Source: Chrysomallon squamiferum
Lineage: Eukaryota; Animalia; Mollusca
Direction of reading: 5' to 3'
Assembly (NCBI GenBank): GCA_012295275.1
Contig: CM022666.1
Span: 2,604,001-2,668,000, forward strand
DNA length: 64,000 nt
Below the pieces are notes generated by a model. The model did no database searches and was not told the origin of the DNA. It saw only the letters and a program-made list of their open reading frames with translations. Below, piece after piece: positions 40,539 to 56,254 of the stretch; positions within the stretch are counted from its first letter, which is position 1, and every line of letters begins with the position of its first letter. Position numbers and translations under genes: made by a program.

Positions 40539-41899
40539 AGTGTTCTTCATTTGACAGAGAAAATAAAAACCCAAACTGAAACATTACAGTTCAAATCACG
40601 TGCAACAGACTGGCGATCTTTCGGAATTCATTTAGCAAAGTTGACACACTGCCAGGAAAACAGCATAAGACTTTTGTAATCCTGTTACTTCTCAACTATG
40701 TGTGTTTTAAAAGAAGTTAATTTTTTTTTTTTTTTTTTTTTTTTTTCTATCTAAAAGAAAAGAAAAAAAATACAAGAAAAAAAATATTGATCTCTGTTGA
40801 AAAAGCTCGAGTTTGAAATATATATATATTTTTCCTAATTCATGAGATTTCCTGTTGGGATTCTAACTTGAAAATGTTTGAATTTTATCTTAAATTTTTA
40901 ACAAAATAGGAACAAAAAACAACAAAAAGAAGAAGAAGAAAAACAAAACAAAAACAAGGAACATTTTTACTTAACAATGATCAGGCTCATGAGAGGCAGT
41001 TGACTTTAATACGATTTTGTTTTCCCCAGTTCCTGGATTACATTTTGAAATATTCTTGGAATAGAAAATAATTTATTAGAATAATCGGTCTCTTACATGC
41101 GGTCCAATGCAACAGGAGCAGCTTTCCTCTTTTTTTTTTTATTTTTTTTTTACTTTCACATGACAACTGCTAGTGTTGGCAGAAGAAGCAAGAATTGTCG
41201 AAAGTTATATCCCAGTTGAAACAAACAAACAAATGGAGCAGAACAGTAAATATTTATGAAGACGGTGACATCGATAATTAATGCTAGCACATTAATTCAT
41301 GTACAGTTACTGATTTATATATTCACACACTTTGAATACACAAACTATTACATCTTGAATATTCATCTCGTTTTTAAATATATATATACATTTCAATCAT
41401 CTTTTTATTTGTTTGTCTGAAATTTTCTTTTTTTTTCTCTTCATCAGTTACTATTAACATATAACAACAATAACAAAAAAAAAATAGCATGCTACCTAGA
41501 ATGGATAGACAATAGCTTTGAAAAAAAAAAAAACGTCAGGAATTGATAGACAGTGGTTTTGGCAAGAAAAAAAGAAGAAAGAGCATTGTGCTATATTTTT
41601 CGAAAGTCAAGTGATAGAAATTGGCCTTGATTTAACATAGTGCCAGTAATGTGTGTATAGTATTTGGAACAACTGAATGATGTTGGGCTATTATTATTAT
41701 ATTTTGTATCCTAAGATACAAGTTTACGAGTAGAGATGCTAAGCCTTAGGCATGCTGGTACTACAGCACTGTAGTTTGGATTTTAACCTGCAGTTTGTAA
41801 AGTAGAGATACTTTATTTAGTAGAGTTTATCAGATTGACAGGGTTCAAGTAACCATAACGTAATTTGCACCTACAGATACATGCAATGAATTAAGCTAC

Positions 41900-42495
41900 A
41901 GCATTTTAGTGTGGATATTGAAGTACAGTACGGAAGTAGCATTACAGTACTGTACTGTGAGATGCTTAGAGGTATGAAGTAGGGATACTATTATAATTCT
42001 GTAGTGTGGATATTAAATTACACAGGAAGTAGGGATACTGTGTTACAGTGCTGTAGTGTGGATATTATATTTAAGGGAGGAAGTAGGGATACTGTTATAA
42101 TGCTGTTGTGTGGATATTAAGTTACAGGGAGGAAGTAGGGATACAGTGCTGTAATTTGGATATTAAGTTACAGGGAAGAAGTAGGGATACAGTGCTGTAG
42201 TGTGGATATTGAGTTACAGGGAGGAAATAGGGATACAATGCTGTAATTTGGATATTAAGTTACAGGGAGGAAATAGGGATACAGTGCTGTAGTGTGGATA
42301 TTAAGTTACAGGGAGGAAGTAGGGATACTGTTATAATGCTGTAATTTGGATATTAAGTTACAGGGAGGAAATAGGGATACAATGCTGTAATTTGGATATT
42401 AAGTTACAGGGAAGAAGTAGGGATACAGTGCTGTAGTGTGGATACTAAGTTACAGGGAAGAAGTAGGGATACAATGATGTAGTGTGGATATTAAC
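41900..42495. repeat. 46-bp minisatellite (gctgtagtgtggatattaagttacagggaggaagtagggatacagt), some units with an 8-bp insert, downstream of the DP stop
   Basis: Head-to-tail units, e.g. starting at 42146 and 42192. Confidence 0.92.
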
Positions 42496-45400
42496 AATGC
42501 ATGCCAGCTGGTTAACACTGGAATTTGCAACTCTAAATGAAGTTTTATTATTTTTCTATTAAAAATTGTTTGTTGCTGAGTGTATTTTTGAAATACACTT
42601 GATTATAGACATGTATATATATATTGTTCCAAGTTTTAATTATTTTTCTTTTTTTTTTCAGTTCATAAAATATATTTTAATACTTGAATGGAAAAGTTCA
42701 AAATAAATTGGATTATAAAAAAGTTTTAAATTTATTCATCTGTTGCTATGCTCAAGAGCATTGTGGTTATCATGAATGTAAAACATAAGTATTACAAAAA
42801 ATGAATAGTTAAAACAAATAAAATAAAATAATATCATTGAAACATTTGCTTTTCGAAATTGTAATTTTTCTTTCCAAAAATAAACTAAAAGGTAAATAAT
42901 ATATTTAACATAGTATTTATCATGTCTTTTTCAAATTCTTACTATTTTCGGAATTGTTTAGAAATCCTGTACCTTGCTCATTTGAGAATAAAATAAATAA
43001 AAAATTAAATATAAATAATGTTAATATTTAAAAAAAAAAAAAAAAAAAAAAAATAATAATAATTATAATGTAATTCTCTTGTATAATGAATTGGACGTGT
43101 TTTACCATTTTATTATTATTTTTTTTTTTTTTTTATTTATACTGGTGACAATGTAAAGTTTGTGTCACTTGTTTGGATAAAACTTCTTTGTTAAAGTTCA
43201 ATTTTGATAGCCACTGGTGAGGAAAAAGAAAAGAAAAACCTACAAAATACACACCTTTAAGTGTGTATGCAAGTTTTCCCCAGTAACGAGGCAAATAAAT
43301 GAAATTTGTTTTTAAATGAAAATACATAATTTTTATCTATTTATTAATATTTTAAAATCTTAACTGAAAGTACTCGTTCACTTAATTACTTTCAATAATG
43401 TCTCCCTTTCATAAAGGTTTTCATACATAAATCCCATTGCTCTTGTTCATATGCAATTATTATATCAAATTGGTTTGTTTTAGGATTTTCGTTCTTTTTT
43501 TTTCTTCCTCAAAGTTTTTTTCAAATGGTATGTTAATATTTTAGGGTGGAGTACATTTTATCACTGTTTTAATTAATATGTTACATAAAATATGTGTCTG
43601 TTAATTACACTTGTATCTCGATAATAAAATGACTAATTGTCCAGACATTAGGAATATTTACATTATATGCAAAGTGTTAAGAAGTAAAGAAAAAAAAAAA
43701 CAATTGCTACGAATTCATTATACGATATTAAGACCAGTTGAAAGAAATGTGAAAGACTTGACTTAAAACAGATGTGGTAACTGATAGTTCTTCCAGGAAT
43801 AGTTTTAAATGATGACAGTTCAGTGGAAGGAGATACAGACAGCCTGAACTGAATACGGTTTTAAGAGAACAATAGACTTTGTGATATATATAAATAAATA
43901 CGTTTTTGTTGGTGCCTTTTATGGTATTTGCATTTGATGAAATAAAACTGCATTACTGAAATCACAAATGTATTCAATAAATGATCATAGGTAGAATTAA
44001 AGGTGATTAAATGAGTACCTTTCTCTATTTTCTTATTTATTTATTTATTAATTTTTTTAATATATTTTTTTAATGTTCTTTTTGTGGTTTTTTGGCATTC
44101 AGTTGATGTCTAGTCATATGATGAATTAATGAATATAACCCTCCCATCAATTAAGAAAGAAATGTTTTACTCAATATATTTTTGATATATAAACACAAAA
44201 TATCAGTGATTTGGTTAAATACCATATTAAAGGTAACTAAATAAAACATTGCATAGCAGAAAGTAAGCATGTTATGAAACTTCCTACAAACAGGAACACA
44301 AAACTGCAATATGAACATTTGTTGGAAAGGGAAATAATCCTGTTTTGATCATGTGACAGCATACATGAGATGCCAGCACTCTGTATTTCAGCTTCACTGA
44401 CTTAAACTAATTAATTAGTCATTGTGTTGAAAAGATACAAATAAATTAGTATACCCTCTATAATGTATCAAACAAATTTTGAAAAATGACTGAAACTGAC
44501 TTAGTTGTAACTTATTCCAGCTGTGGAAACTAGAATTTAAATTTAAAATAAAAAAAAATCTCTTGCTAATAAGGGAAAAGCAATACTTCTTAACCTTTTA
44601 ATTTTCAGAGCCCAATTTTCTAATAATTCTTAGAGTAGGACTCACAAGATAAAATTTATGCTATGATAGAAATGTGAATTAAGTAGGATATTTAGAATTC
44701 ACACATGTTAAACATACAGCTTTTACCATTGTCCAAGCTTGGAATTACTGGTACTAATAATAATCCAAATCTAACACATGCAGGAGTGAATGATTCAAAG
44801 CTGGTTATTGGTAAGTATAACCAGCAATGTTACAATGCTAAGAGATGAGGATAGGCAACAAATACAGGTAAAACGAAAACCCACAGAAAAAACAGAATTA
44901 TCATTTGGATATTGAGACCAGCCTTTGCTAATAATAAAGAATAGCAATAACAGCATAGATTTATATATGATGATGTCACCAATGGAAGAACCACTGAGTA
45001 AACTGTCAAAAATAAATAAATAAATAAATAAATAAATAAAAAAAATTAATCCTTTTATAAAGAAATAGTTAATGGCTAACAAAAATACTGGTATCTTTAG
45101 GAATGTTGTGCTATCTATGGAAGTGAATATATATATTTTTTAAATTGTATTTTAAAGATTTCACAATGCTGCCCAATTCTGTGTAATGGAAAAACAAGAA
45201 ATAGAGTACCAAGCATCTAAAGTTTCATACATCAAACCAGCCACTTATAACATTTTTACTGTGTGCTTCAGACTAATTACATGTGTGAATATGCTCATTC
45301 ATGCATCATTTTTGTTGGTGTTTTTATTTATTTATTTACATATTTATTTATTTATTTATTTATTCATTTAAAGAAAAAAAAAACTGTATGAAAGATCTAG

Positions 45401-45568
45401 ATCTGGACTGGTAAGTTATATATAAACACTTGTGTCACAAACAGAAATTTTTAAAAAATCACTGCTGAAAAGGGGAGAAAACTCATTAATGAAGTAAATG
45501 TGCTCAGTTTAATTCTGCTTACCTGTATTACACTAATGTCATTTTATTGTAATATATAAAGTATATTT

Positions 45569-45599
<31 letters not shown>

Positions 45600-46599
45600 T
45601 TATTATTATTATTTATCTTTTTTCATTCTTTAATTTATTTTCACTTATTTATTACTTTATACTTTTTTCTCCTTAATATAATTTAATTTTTAAAACTTGT
45701 TTTATTTTATTTTATTTTATTTTATTTTTTCATTTTTAATCTTGATTTCACCTATTTATTTTTTTTATAAATAATATATTCCATTTTACAACTCCTTTTG
45801 TTTCCTTAATATAATTTAATTTTTAAATCTTGATGATTATTATTGTTGTTGTTGTTATTATTAATTTAATTATTAACTTTTCTTCATTTTTAATTTTTAA
45901 TTTCACTTAATATAATCTAATGTTAAATGATCATTATTATTTTTTAAATTATTATTATTATTACTACAACTACTACTACTACCACTACCATTACTACTAC
46001 TACTACTATTATTACAGTATTGTACAACTTCAAAAAGTTTTGCCAACAACAAAAAAACAACCTAATAAATTCTGCATATAAAACATTCAGGAAACCACTG
46101 TTTTAAGAACCCAGTATGTCTGAACATTTGGGCCAAACCAACACCTGCAAGAATAAAAAATGAAATGCATTTAAATGTTATTCTTTTATGACTTTGTCTA
46201 GTTTTTATTTTTTACTTCTTTTTGTGTTCTTTGTCATGCTGGAAGAATTTAAAGTATTGTGAAATTTTAAAAAAAAGAAGAAAATGTTAAAGAAAAAGAA
46301 TATACTTGTTTCAATATTTGCTGCAAATAATAGTAATAAAACTAAAACAAAAACTAAAACTAAAACTAAAACAGCATGAAACTAAAACTACTACTACTAC
46401 TACTACTACACTACTATTGCTAATAATAATAATAATATTTATAAAATATATTATTTAATTCCAGTCTTTTTTTAATTATTTATTTATTGCTATTTTCATC
46501 ATTGTTGTTGTAAATGTAAAATTGTTTAAAAATTAATTTTGCTTAATTCATTTATTCATTTATTATTATTATTATTATTATTACTACTACTACCACTAC

Positions 46600-46668
<69 letters not shown>

Positions 46669-47356
46669 CTTTTCTTTATTTTAAAATCCATTTACTAATT
46701 TATTTATTTAGAAAATATTCTTGAAAATATTATTATCTTATATCTGTTATTGAAAATTTCTGTTTCTGCTTCCTTTTATTCTTTTGCCCTGATCATCTTC
46801 AACTAGCACAAAAATAAATAAATTTTTTTTTGATGTATTAAATTTATGAAGGCAGGTGTCTTTTTATGATTAAGTAAAATGAAAAACAAGATATAAAGAT
46901 ACAAAGAAAACATAATTTTTTTTATTTTTTTTTTTATAAAATTGAAAAAAGAAACCAGACACATGCATACATACATACATAGATCATACACATATGCTTA
47001 AATGCATGCAATACATACATACATATGTGTTGCGCGCATGTGTGTGCATACACAAACACACACATAGCTATGTAATGGATGATAAACTATATATATATAT
47101 TAATTCAATAAAATAAACAATATAAAAAATAATTACAATAATAAAAAAATATATATATAATAAAAAATAATAACAAAATAAAATAAATAAATAAAAAGAT
47201 AAAATCAACATTTTTATCAAGGGCTTTTAACCAAGTGCATTACATAACAATTTAACACAGATGATAACTGAAAATTATTTCTTTTGCACGATTAATCTAG
47301 TTTGCATGTCTTATTTATGAAGATAAGTATGTTACAGTTATGAAGATCTAGGCTTA

Positions 47357-47388
47357 TGACCTGTTGATCTTTGACAGGTCAAAGGTCA
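47357..47388 (+). promoter_or_regulatory. Perfect DR1 nuclear receptor element AGGTCA-A-AGGTCA (47376-47388) with additional half-sites
   Basis: Sequence tgacctgttgatctttgacaggtcaaaggtca, about 2 kb upstream of the MOGAT ATG and just before a candidate non-coding exon ending at gtgagt (~47493). Confidence 0.55.
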
Positions 47389-47700
47389 TGTACAATGATT
47401 TTAGTCAAGGAGAGCAACTCTTACTAATTCTGACCATAGGAAGTGTGCATCAGTTGAAACTTGGTGAAAACCTTTTCCCAGTTTAATTTTCAGTGAGTAA
47501 CTTTTAATATTATTTTTATTTGTTAATTTATTTGTTATTACTGCTATTATGGTTTAATGGTTTTAAATTCTAGTGTAGGTAAGGGCTTTCAAATAAGTTA
47601 AATATGTAAATGGATAAACCTAAAGATATATCAGTGTGTCTGTCTGTCTCTGTGTATCTATGTGTGTCAGTCTGTCTGTCTTTCTCTATCAGTATGTCTC

Positions 47701-47746
<46 letters not shown>

Positions 47747-47781
47747 GTGTTGTGTGTGTTATATTTATGTGTGTGCATGTG

Positions 47782-47858
<77 letters not shown>

Positions 47859-47929
47859 GTGTGTATGTTTGTGTGTGTGACTGAAATTTTAATGTCTGAG
47901 TTAGTATTGTCTGCACAAAATAGTTAGAT

Positions 47930-48200
47930 AGTATTGCCTGTACAAGATATATAGTAGTGTTTGTACAAGACAGTCAAATGATATTGTCTATACAAGATAG
48001 TCCAAAGATATTATCTGTACAAGTGTCAAATGATATTGTCTATACAAGATAGTCCAAAGATATTATCTGTACAAGAGTCAAATGATATTGTCTGCACAAG
48101 ATAGTCAAATGATATTGTCTATACAAGATAGTCAGATGGTATTGTCTGTACAAGATAGTCAAATGATATTATCTGTACAAGATAGTCAAATGATATTGTA
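47930..48200. repeat. 27-bp minisatellite (tgtacaagatagtcaaatgatattatc)
   Basis: About ten tandem units, following a (TG)n tract at 47700-47880. Confidence 0.9.
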
Positions 48201-49400
48201 TGTCTAAGAAAATTAGGTGTGGGTGTTTACATGGACTGAATATGATGACCAACTTTTTATATTTTTGAATTATTACATCATTATAATTCTCACACCGGTA
48301 AATTTTGTTTTATATGAATGTAGACCCTTTTTTCTTCTGTCCAAAATCTTCTCTCCCTACCCCACATCATCCATTTAAAAAAATCCCAGCCTGTGCTGTG
48401 GTCATTATTAAATGGTTGTGCCTCTCAAAGATAAGCAGATGATCATATATCTGTACAAGATAAATTGTCTGTCAAACAGAAATAGTTCTGTTGTGTTGTT
48501 TTTGGAGAATCTGGAAGAGGGTAAATTGTGTGTGAGTGAATACATTCTGGGCTGTCACAACACACTGGCAAACTGGGCAGTTGATGTAGCCCCAGCTAAT
48601 CTATGTATATCGTGATTTACTGTCAGTAAGTAAGTACATACGTAAATAAATAATATACTAAACTTTAAATATCTGTTATTAGAAAATGTACATTTTGCAT
48701 GTGTTTTATTAAAGACAGTGGACAATGTTAATGTTAATTGTAATGACAACAAGTGTGGGGAAAGGATCCCAATGCATTGCTTTGCCAGAGGATCTGTAAA
48801 TGCTGTTAAAACAGACCTGGCTATGTTTTCACACTGCTGTCTGGCTGCTTCTGAGTTCAAGGTCACACATCTGAAGTGTTTTGCTGCAACAGTAGATAAA
48901 CTGCACAAACCTGCAGTTAGAAATCAGTGTGTACTGTTATCAGTTTGGTTAAAGAGATTTGTTGATCATGTATTTATAGATAACACACTACTAATATCAA
49001 TTTTAAAAGGACCCCATGTTTACAGTTTGTTTATTGAATTTAAAAAAGTCACTGTTGTAAAATACTTAATTATAAATTTTAACATTACAACTACCCTGCT
49101 CTCCCCACCCAAAAAAGAACATGCTTTCTAAAAATGTCACAAATGTAAAATGTATACAGCATCATACTTACCATATTAAATATATATATATAGAGAGAGA
49201 GATAGATAGAGAGATAGATAGATAGACAGATAGCCAGACAGACAAAGTAGTGGCACATGATAACAACAACAACAAACACACACACACACACACACATGTA
49301 TATATATATATATACATATGTATTATGTATGTATGTATGTATATATCTTTATATATTTATTGTTGTTGTTAATACCTGTTTTTCACATCTGTTTTCAGAA

Positions 49401-51572
49401 ATGACTAGACTCCTCGGAATTGAGTTTGCACCTCTGAACATCCCAATGGAACGGCGATTTCAGACGTTCGCAGTGTGGCAGTTCACGTTATCATTCATGT
49501 GTCTTGGTTTCGGCTTTTTGTTCCTCTTTATTTTCTTGCTCTTCACTCGATTCTACTTCATCCCTCTTCTCTACCTCGCCTGGTATCTGTATGACCAAAA
49601 AATCAGTGCCAGAGGTGGGCGCAGAATCACTTGGGCTCGGAACTGGAAAATATGGAAACATTTCTGCAACTACTTTCCTCTGAAGCTTCACAAGACAGTG
49701 GATCTGGACCCTTCCAAAAACTACATCTTCGCCTGTCACCCTCATGGTGTCTTTTGCATCAGCCATTTTGCTAATTTTGCTACAGAAGGGACACACTTCA
49801 GTAAGATGTTTCCTGGACTCACTCCTTACCTCCTTGTTCTTGCAGGACAGTTTATGTTTCCAGTTTTCAGAGAGTATTTCATGATGACAGGTGAGTCTTC
49901 ACAGAGAGAATATTTTTTAATGCAGTTCTGACTGACCCCTGCATCTGCTAGTGTAGTGTCATAGTACAAATGTTTAGCTACTAGAACTGACTTAAATACT
50001 TCTACTAGTTCTCATCTAGAAGAGTATGAGATGGATGCCCAAACCCCTGAAGCTGCTTCTAACATGAGGTTTACAGACATTTTGGGAGAACTACTTTTAT
50101 GAATCAAATTAATATTATTACTGAAAATAAAATTTGCTTGTTTTTGTTAGTAATAATTTTGAACACACACACACACACACACACACTACATAAAGTACAT
50201 GCACATGCATGAACACATATGTAAAATGCTTGGAACAGAATACTGTTGTTTTTTCATATCTTCCTGAATCAATGACACAAAGTTTATTTTATATGGCTAT
50301 TATGTTTAGTAAGTTTGGCCAGCACCAAATAATTATTTTATTTATTTACCTTAATAGGTATATCCGTTTTTCTCTGGCTGATATCACTGTGTTTTAATTT
50401 ATATTGCATACTGTTATTTACCTCTGTATGACATCTGAAGATGATTTAACATTGTGCCAAGGTATCATTCTATCATTAAATATTAATTAATTAATTCATT
50501 CATTCATTTATTCTGTACAGAATATTACAAGTTATTGCTTGTTCTAAGTCTATAAAATGAAATGTTAGTTTACAATGGGAATTAAAAAGCTGTGTTGTTT
50601 TTCGAGGTGTTGCCGAAATATCAAAAAACAGCATCAACTATCTGTTATCGAAGAAAGGAACAGGAAATGTTCTGGCTATCATGGTAGGGGGAGCTGTTGA
50701 AGCTCTTGATGCTAAACCCGGAATGTTCCGACTGAAGCTTCTCAACAGAAAAGGATTTTGTAAAATGGCTTTAAAACACGGGTAAGTGTGTTCACTGCCT
50801 AACAGTGAATTTTAGAAATTTTCTACAACCAGTCTTTGCTGCTAATAAAACAAAGAGACGAGCTTGAGAAGAGATGTCTGGATGATATATTTTGACTATT
50901 TCCTCTTTGTTTGTTAGTTTGTTTATATGTTATCTATCTGTCTGTCTGTTCTGTTCATCTATGTATCTATCTATCTATCTATCTATCTGTCTGTCTGTCT
51001 GTCTGTCTGTCTATATATATATCTGTCTATCTGTCTGTCTGTCCATTTATCTGTCAGTCTGTCTTTCTGTGTGTGTGTCTGTGTGTGTTTAATAGCTGTT
51101 TCTTTTACATTTTTTAATGTTGACTAAATGTAAAGAAAAGTAGACAGAGCAGTTTTCACATTGGTGATTCGAAACTGTTGTTAAAAGCCAGTAGGAACCT
51201 CTGTGTCAGTGGAAGAGTTGTCTCCCCTGAACTGAGGCAGCAACAGTAGGATGTTGAAGAACTTTTGACAGATTGATGCTAAATAAATAATTGTCTTATT
51301 TACCTTTGTTTGACAAGCAGTAGCCAGTTTTATTTTTTATTCTGGAGAAAAAAGAAAGAGCAAAAAAAAAAGAAAAAACATATTAAAATATATGCCTGAG
51401 ATGATGCAAGGATACTGCCATTTTTTGTTTTCTTTTGTTTTCTTTTATTTTTGATTTTGTTTCATTTGATTTGACTTTATATTTGATTTTATTATATTTT
51501 ATATCTTATTTTATTTCTTTTATATTTTATTTTATTTTATTATTATTTGTTTATTTGATTTGATTTTTTTTA

Positions 51573-51603
<31 letters not shown>

Positions 51604-52659
51604 GCAGTGCTAACATATGTCCTGTATTCACATTTGGAGAAAACGACCTCTATAACCAGATTCCGAACCCTGATGGGTCTTTCCTGAGAAAAATTCAGAA
51701 CCGACTGACGAGACTATTTGGTTTCTCTGTGCCAGCCATCCATGGGCGTGGCATCTTCCAGTACACTTTTGGAATTATACCATATCGCAGACCCATGCAC
51801 ACAGTTGGTAGGTTGATTTTTTATTCCAAGATTTTTAACTGAAGCTATGTAGTAGTTTAAACAGTTAATATAGTCTAGCAGCAAGTATAGTCAGCTTGGG
51901 ATAAGGATTGATTTCACAGATGAGTGAATTGATCTTATACTGTTTGAAGGCTTTCAATAGATCCATTCTTGGAATCATACTATATACATAAATACATACA
52001 TACATACATAATACATACATAAATACATACATACATACATAATACACACACACATACATACATACTACTACTTAAATACAAACATATATAATACATACAC
52101 ACACACACATATATATATACACATACACACATAGATACATATACATATATGTGTGTATGTGTATACACATTCATTCATACATACATACATACAAACATAC
52201 ATACATACGAACAACATACATACATACATACACACGTGTATAGAATTATAAACAATTTGCAGATTTCAAACAAAATTTTTATAACACCACCATGTTGTTG
52301 TTTTTTATTGTTTTTTTAAAAACATCCCAAAAAACTCAAAAACCTTGAAAATGTCTAACAAAAACATCTGCCGACTGGTATTTCATTCTTTTTACCTTTT
52401 ATACTTTTTTATGACTGTTATTTTTTTTTTTTTTTTAATTTTATTTTTAATTTAAAAATTTTAAAAATTCTTTTTTTTTTCTTTTCTCTTTTTTATGACA
52501 AAAGTTGGCCGACCCATAGAAGTAACAAAGGTTGAAAACATTTCAACTGAACAGGTGGACAAATTGCATGAACAATACAAGGAAGCCTTGATTTACCTGT
52601 TTGAAAGCAACAAGAGGAAATTCAATATACCTGAAGACAAACACTTAACATTTCATTAA
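49401..52659 (+). CDS. MOGAT2: DGAT2/MOGAT-family acylglycerol O-acyltransferase (MOGAT1/2-like), 339 aa
   Basis: Exons 49401-49890, 50607-50781, 51608-51807 and 52505-52659 (1020 nt, in phase). Motifs: [15 protein letters not shown]-terminal [47 protein letters not shown]. The symbol indicates the family, not strict orthology. Confidence 0.93.
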
Positions 52660-55158
52660 ATACAGGTGATGTTAAAAAAAGTATATTTAGTAAGAGCATA
52701 AAGAGTTTGTTCTTTGATGGTGACAATAACCTAGAGTAAATTAAAATAATTTTTTATTTTTTAACTTTTTTTTAAAAATTTTGAAACTTAAGGTGGTACA
52801 TGATGCATTTTGATTTTTTTTTTAACAAAAAGGTATTTTCTTTTTCTTTTTTCTTTTTAAATTTTTTTATTATTATTATTATTATTTTATACATAGCCAT
52901 GGTATATTGTTAATTTAAAATAGAAAACAATAACCTACAATTTTGGTGCATTTAAATAAATAAAAGAAATATAGAAATGTATATATATATATATATACAA
53001 ATATTGTTAATACCTCTATCTGGAGTCTTTATAAAGTGGTTTAAATTGCAGTTTTGGACTAGTTTGTCTGCTTCTTTTCTGAAATCTTGGAATCCCCCCC
53101 CCATTATTAATCAAACTCTTTTTGTCTTTAAGGTAATTCCACCACAATGTTGCTGCCCCTTCTTGTTTCAAATCTTGGATTTACCCTGCCAAATGGACAG
53201 ACAGACAGAGAGAGAGACAGGCATATACATACATACATACATACATACATATATTGTAACGCTTTTGTTTTTTTATCTCTTAGGATTTAAAAGAAGCAAT
53301 ATTTTTTATTCTTTAGAAAATATAAAAATCTGGAGAACGGAATTTTTTGTTTAAATTCAAAAAAAAAAAAATATATATAAAAAAAATTTAGGATGTTATA
53401 AATTGTCATTTTTAACCATTTTTTTACCAGATGGATTTTTCTTTTGTTATTATTATTTTTTTTTAAATATTTAGCAAATAAATGACTTTTGTTTTGAGTT
53501 GCTGCAGTATTAGGACTTTGTTATTACCAGTTTAAAAAATAATAATAAGTTTCGTTTGAGAGAGAAAGCCAAATAAAAGATGAATTAAGGAACTTTATAG
53601 AACTAATTTCCATATTCTCTGGCATAAGAAAAGAAAACAACATTGTAAGTTGCATATTTTATATTTAATGTTTCCATTAAATTACCTTTTGTTGTGTCTC
53701 ATAATAGTTTTGTACCAGGTGAATTTTTGAGAATTTTTTTTCAAAAATATAAAATATGAAAAAAATAACGAAAAAACCCATTAAAAAACCCAACAAACAA
53801 ACAAAAAAAAAAAATAATAAAAAAGGAAACAGACAAAAAAAAATAAATAAATAAATAAATAATAAAAATAAATTTGTGAAAAGTACTCAGTAAATGATGT
53901 TCAACTTTACATTTTAAGAAAGTCAAGGGGGAGTTACTGTTCTTTGATATGTTAATTTTTGAGACTGAAAAATTACAGAATGTTTTTTCAAACGGTTGAT
54001 GTTAAAAAAATATATATATTCTTTAACAATGAAACGTTGCAAAAAACAAACAAACAAAAAAAAAACCAGGTGAAACTTCCAGCCAAAAGCTTCACTTCAC
54101 AAGGTGTACTTTTCTTTTATAAATCTTTTATTTTTATTTTTTAAAGGTAACTTAGAACATCTATTTCCATAAATTATAATATAAATTGCCTTGCTAAGGC
54201 CACTGAATGAATTGTACATTTTGAGAAAAAAAAAATCAAAATCAGAAAATCAAAAGCATGGATGAATTGTGAATCTGTCAGACCTTTCCAAGATTCAGAT
54301 GTCATTTATGGGGAGAATTCAAAGAAAATAAAACTGATTTATTGTTGATGAGTTTTTGTGTATGTGTGTCTTTAAAAGTATTTTTTTAGATATAACATCT
54401 ACTGAAACTAGATTTAATTCAGTGAATTATTGTATTTGGTGAAAAGATAGAAAAGCATATGAAGAATTGTTCCATTTAATTTCTTTAACTTTTTAAAAAT
54501 TGATCATTCACTTTTCCATTAATTTCTCTTCTCTTCTGGAAATTACCAAAACTGTTTCAGTTTGCTGACAACCAATGTGATTAAGAATTTTTTTTTTATT
54601 ATTTAAATTTTATTTCATTGTACATTTAAGGAAGAATTGGGAAATTTTATATATTTATATATATATAACACATTATACTTAAAATTGCTGACTGGTCAGT
54701 AACTCATCATTAAAATGAGGAATAGGACAACTGCTCACAACAATTGCTGATTTTTTTATAAAAAATATTTTATTATAGGTTATGATACAATAAATAAATA
54801 AAATAAATAAGATAACAAAGTTAATTCTGAATCAGCTATATTGTAAACAAGTTCAGGATAGAAGTGTGAGGACAAGAGTTCTTGAACAGGACATTATAGT
54901 TCCAAATATTGTGGGAGACACTTCCAGTCCACTGTTTCCATCAGAAAAATCCTGACACAAATTCTGCAGTCTGCTGAGTGGATTTCTTCATATCCATCCA
55001 GTTTGGTTCACCTTGCTGATGTTGGAGGATGAGAGTTGAAACCAGTGCCTGGTCTTTATGTAGACTGTTTCCATAACTCACTGATGTCATTAGTTCTGGA
55101 ACCATCTGAAATCGTGGTGTTTTGGATGTTCTATGGACTGCTTGTAATCAAACATTCT

Positions 55159-55190
<32 letters not shown>

Positions 55191-55986
55191 AGAAGAAGAA
55201 AAGAAAATTATAACTAAATTAGTAATTAATACATCTACTTATAAATATTATTTCTGCCATAAATACGATGGTCAAATACACATTAATAATCATCAGTTCG
55301 AAAATTCGAAATGAAAGAATATTTGCATGGTTTCTTAAAGAAATCGTCTTTCACTAGAGTGTCTGTAATTCCACATAAACTCGCTGAGAATGTTCACACT
55401 TCAGTAGATGTTTGCATTTAAATAGCAAATAGCTTGTTTGACGCATTACACTCCTTTGTAAGCAAAATATACAATTATTATTATTATTATTATTATTATT
55501 ATTTGAATGCATATATTTTATTTTAAAAATATAAAATATAAATCTCTATTCCAGTAGAAACGATATCCACTAAATGAATTCGTTTATGTCTACGGTTACC
55601 GTTTGAAGTCTACGAACATCGTTGCGGTGAAAGACGTAAATGATTTCAAACACCAGATTTTTTCCTCATTTCAAAAAGAATCTAGTTACGGCCATGCATA
55701 AATACTACTTTTTGTACTGTATCAGACAAAGTGCGATGTCCCATTTCTAGTAAGCATTACTGATTTGATAGTTAAATTTTAAAGAAATATAAACTAACTT
55801 CTTTGATAACCAAAATAAAACTATTAAGGATATAAACATATAACGTATTTAATATTTTTGTCATAGTAAGTCCAGGCCAAATATGTCCTCTTTTTTTTTC
55901 CATTAAATTGCAATCGTCACTTTGTGTACTGAGGACAGGACAATTGGTTGAATTTATAAAGAAAAAAAAAAAATAAAAAATAAAAA

Positions 55987-56025
<39 letters not shown>

Positions 56026-56254
56026 CAAAAAATAATGCATGATCAGAAGAACATAGTCCCAGCAATTTCAACATGGAAATATAATTTATGTGTGATTATT
56101 TATTTAATAAATAAATGTTGTTATATCAAATGATAATAAACATCATTACCGAACAACGTGTCAAATACTGAAAATGACAAAGAACAACAACAAAAAACCC
56201 TGTGTTAAACAGACTTGATGGGTTTTGTTCATGTCTGTTGTGTAGTATAGGCTG

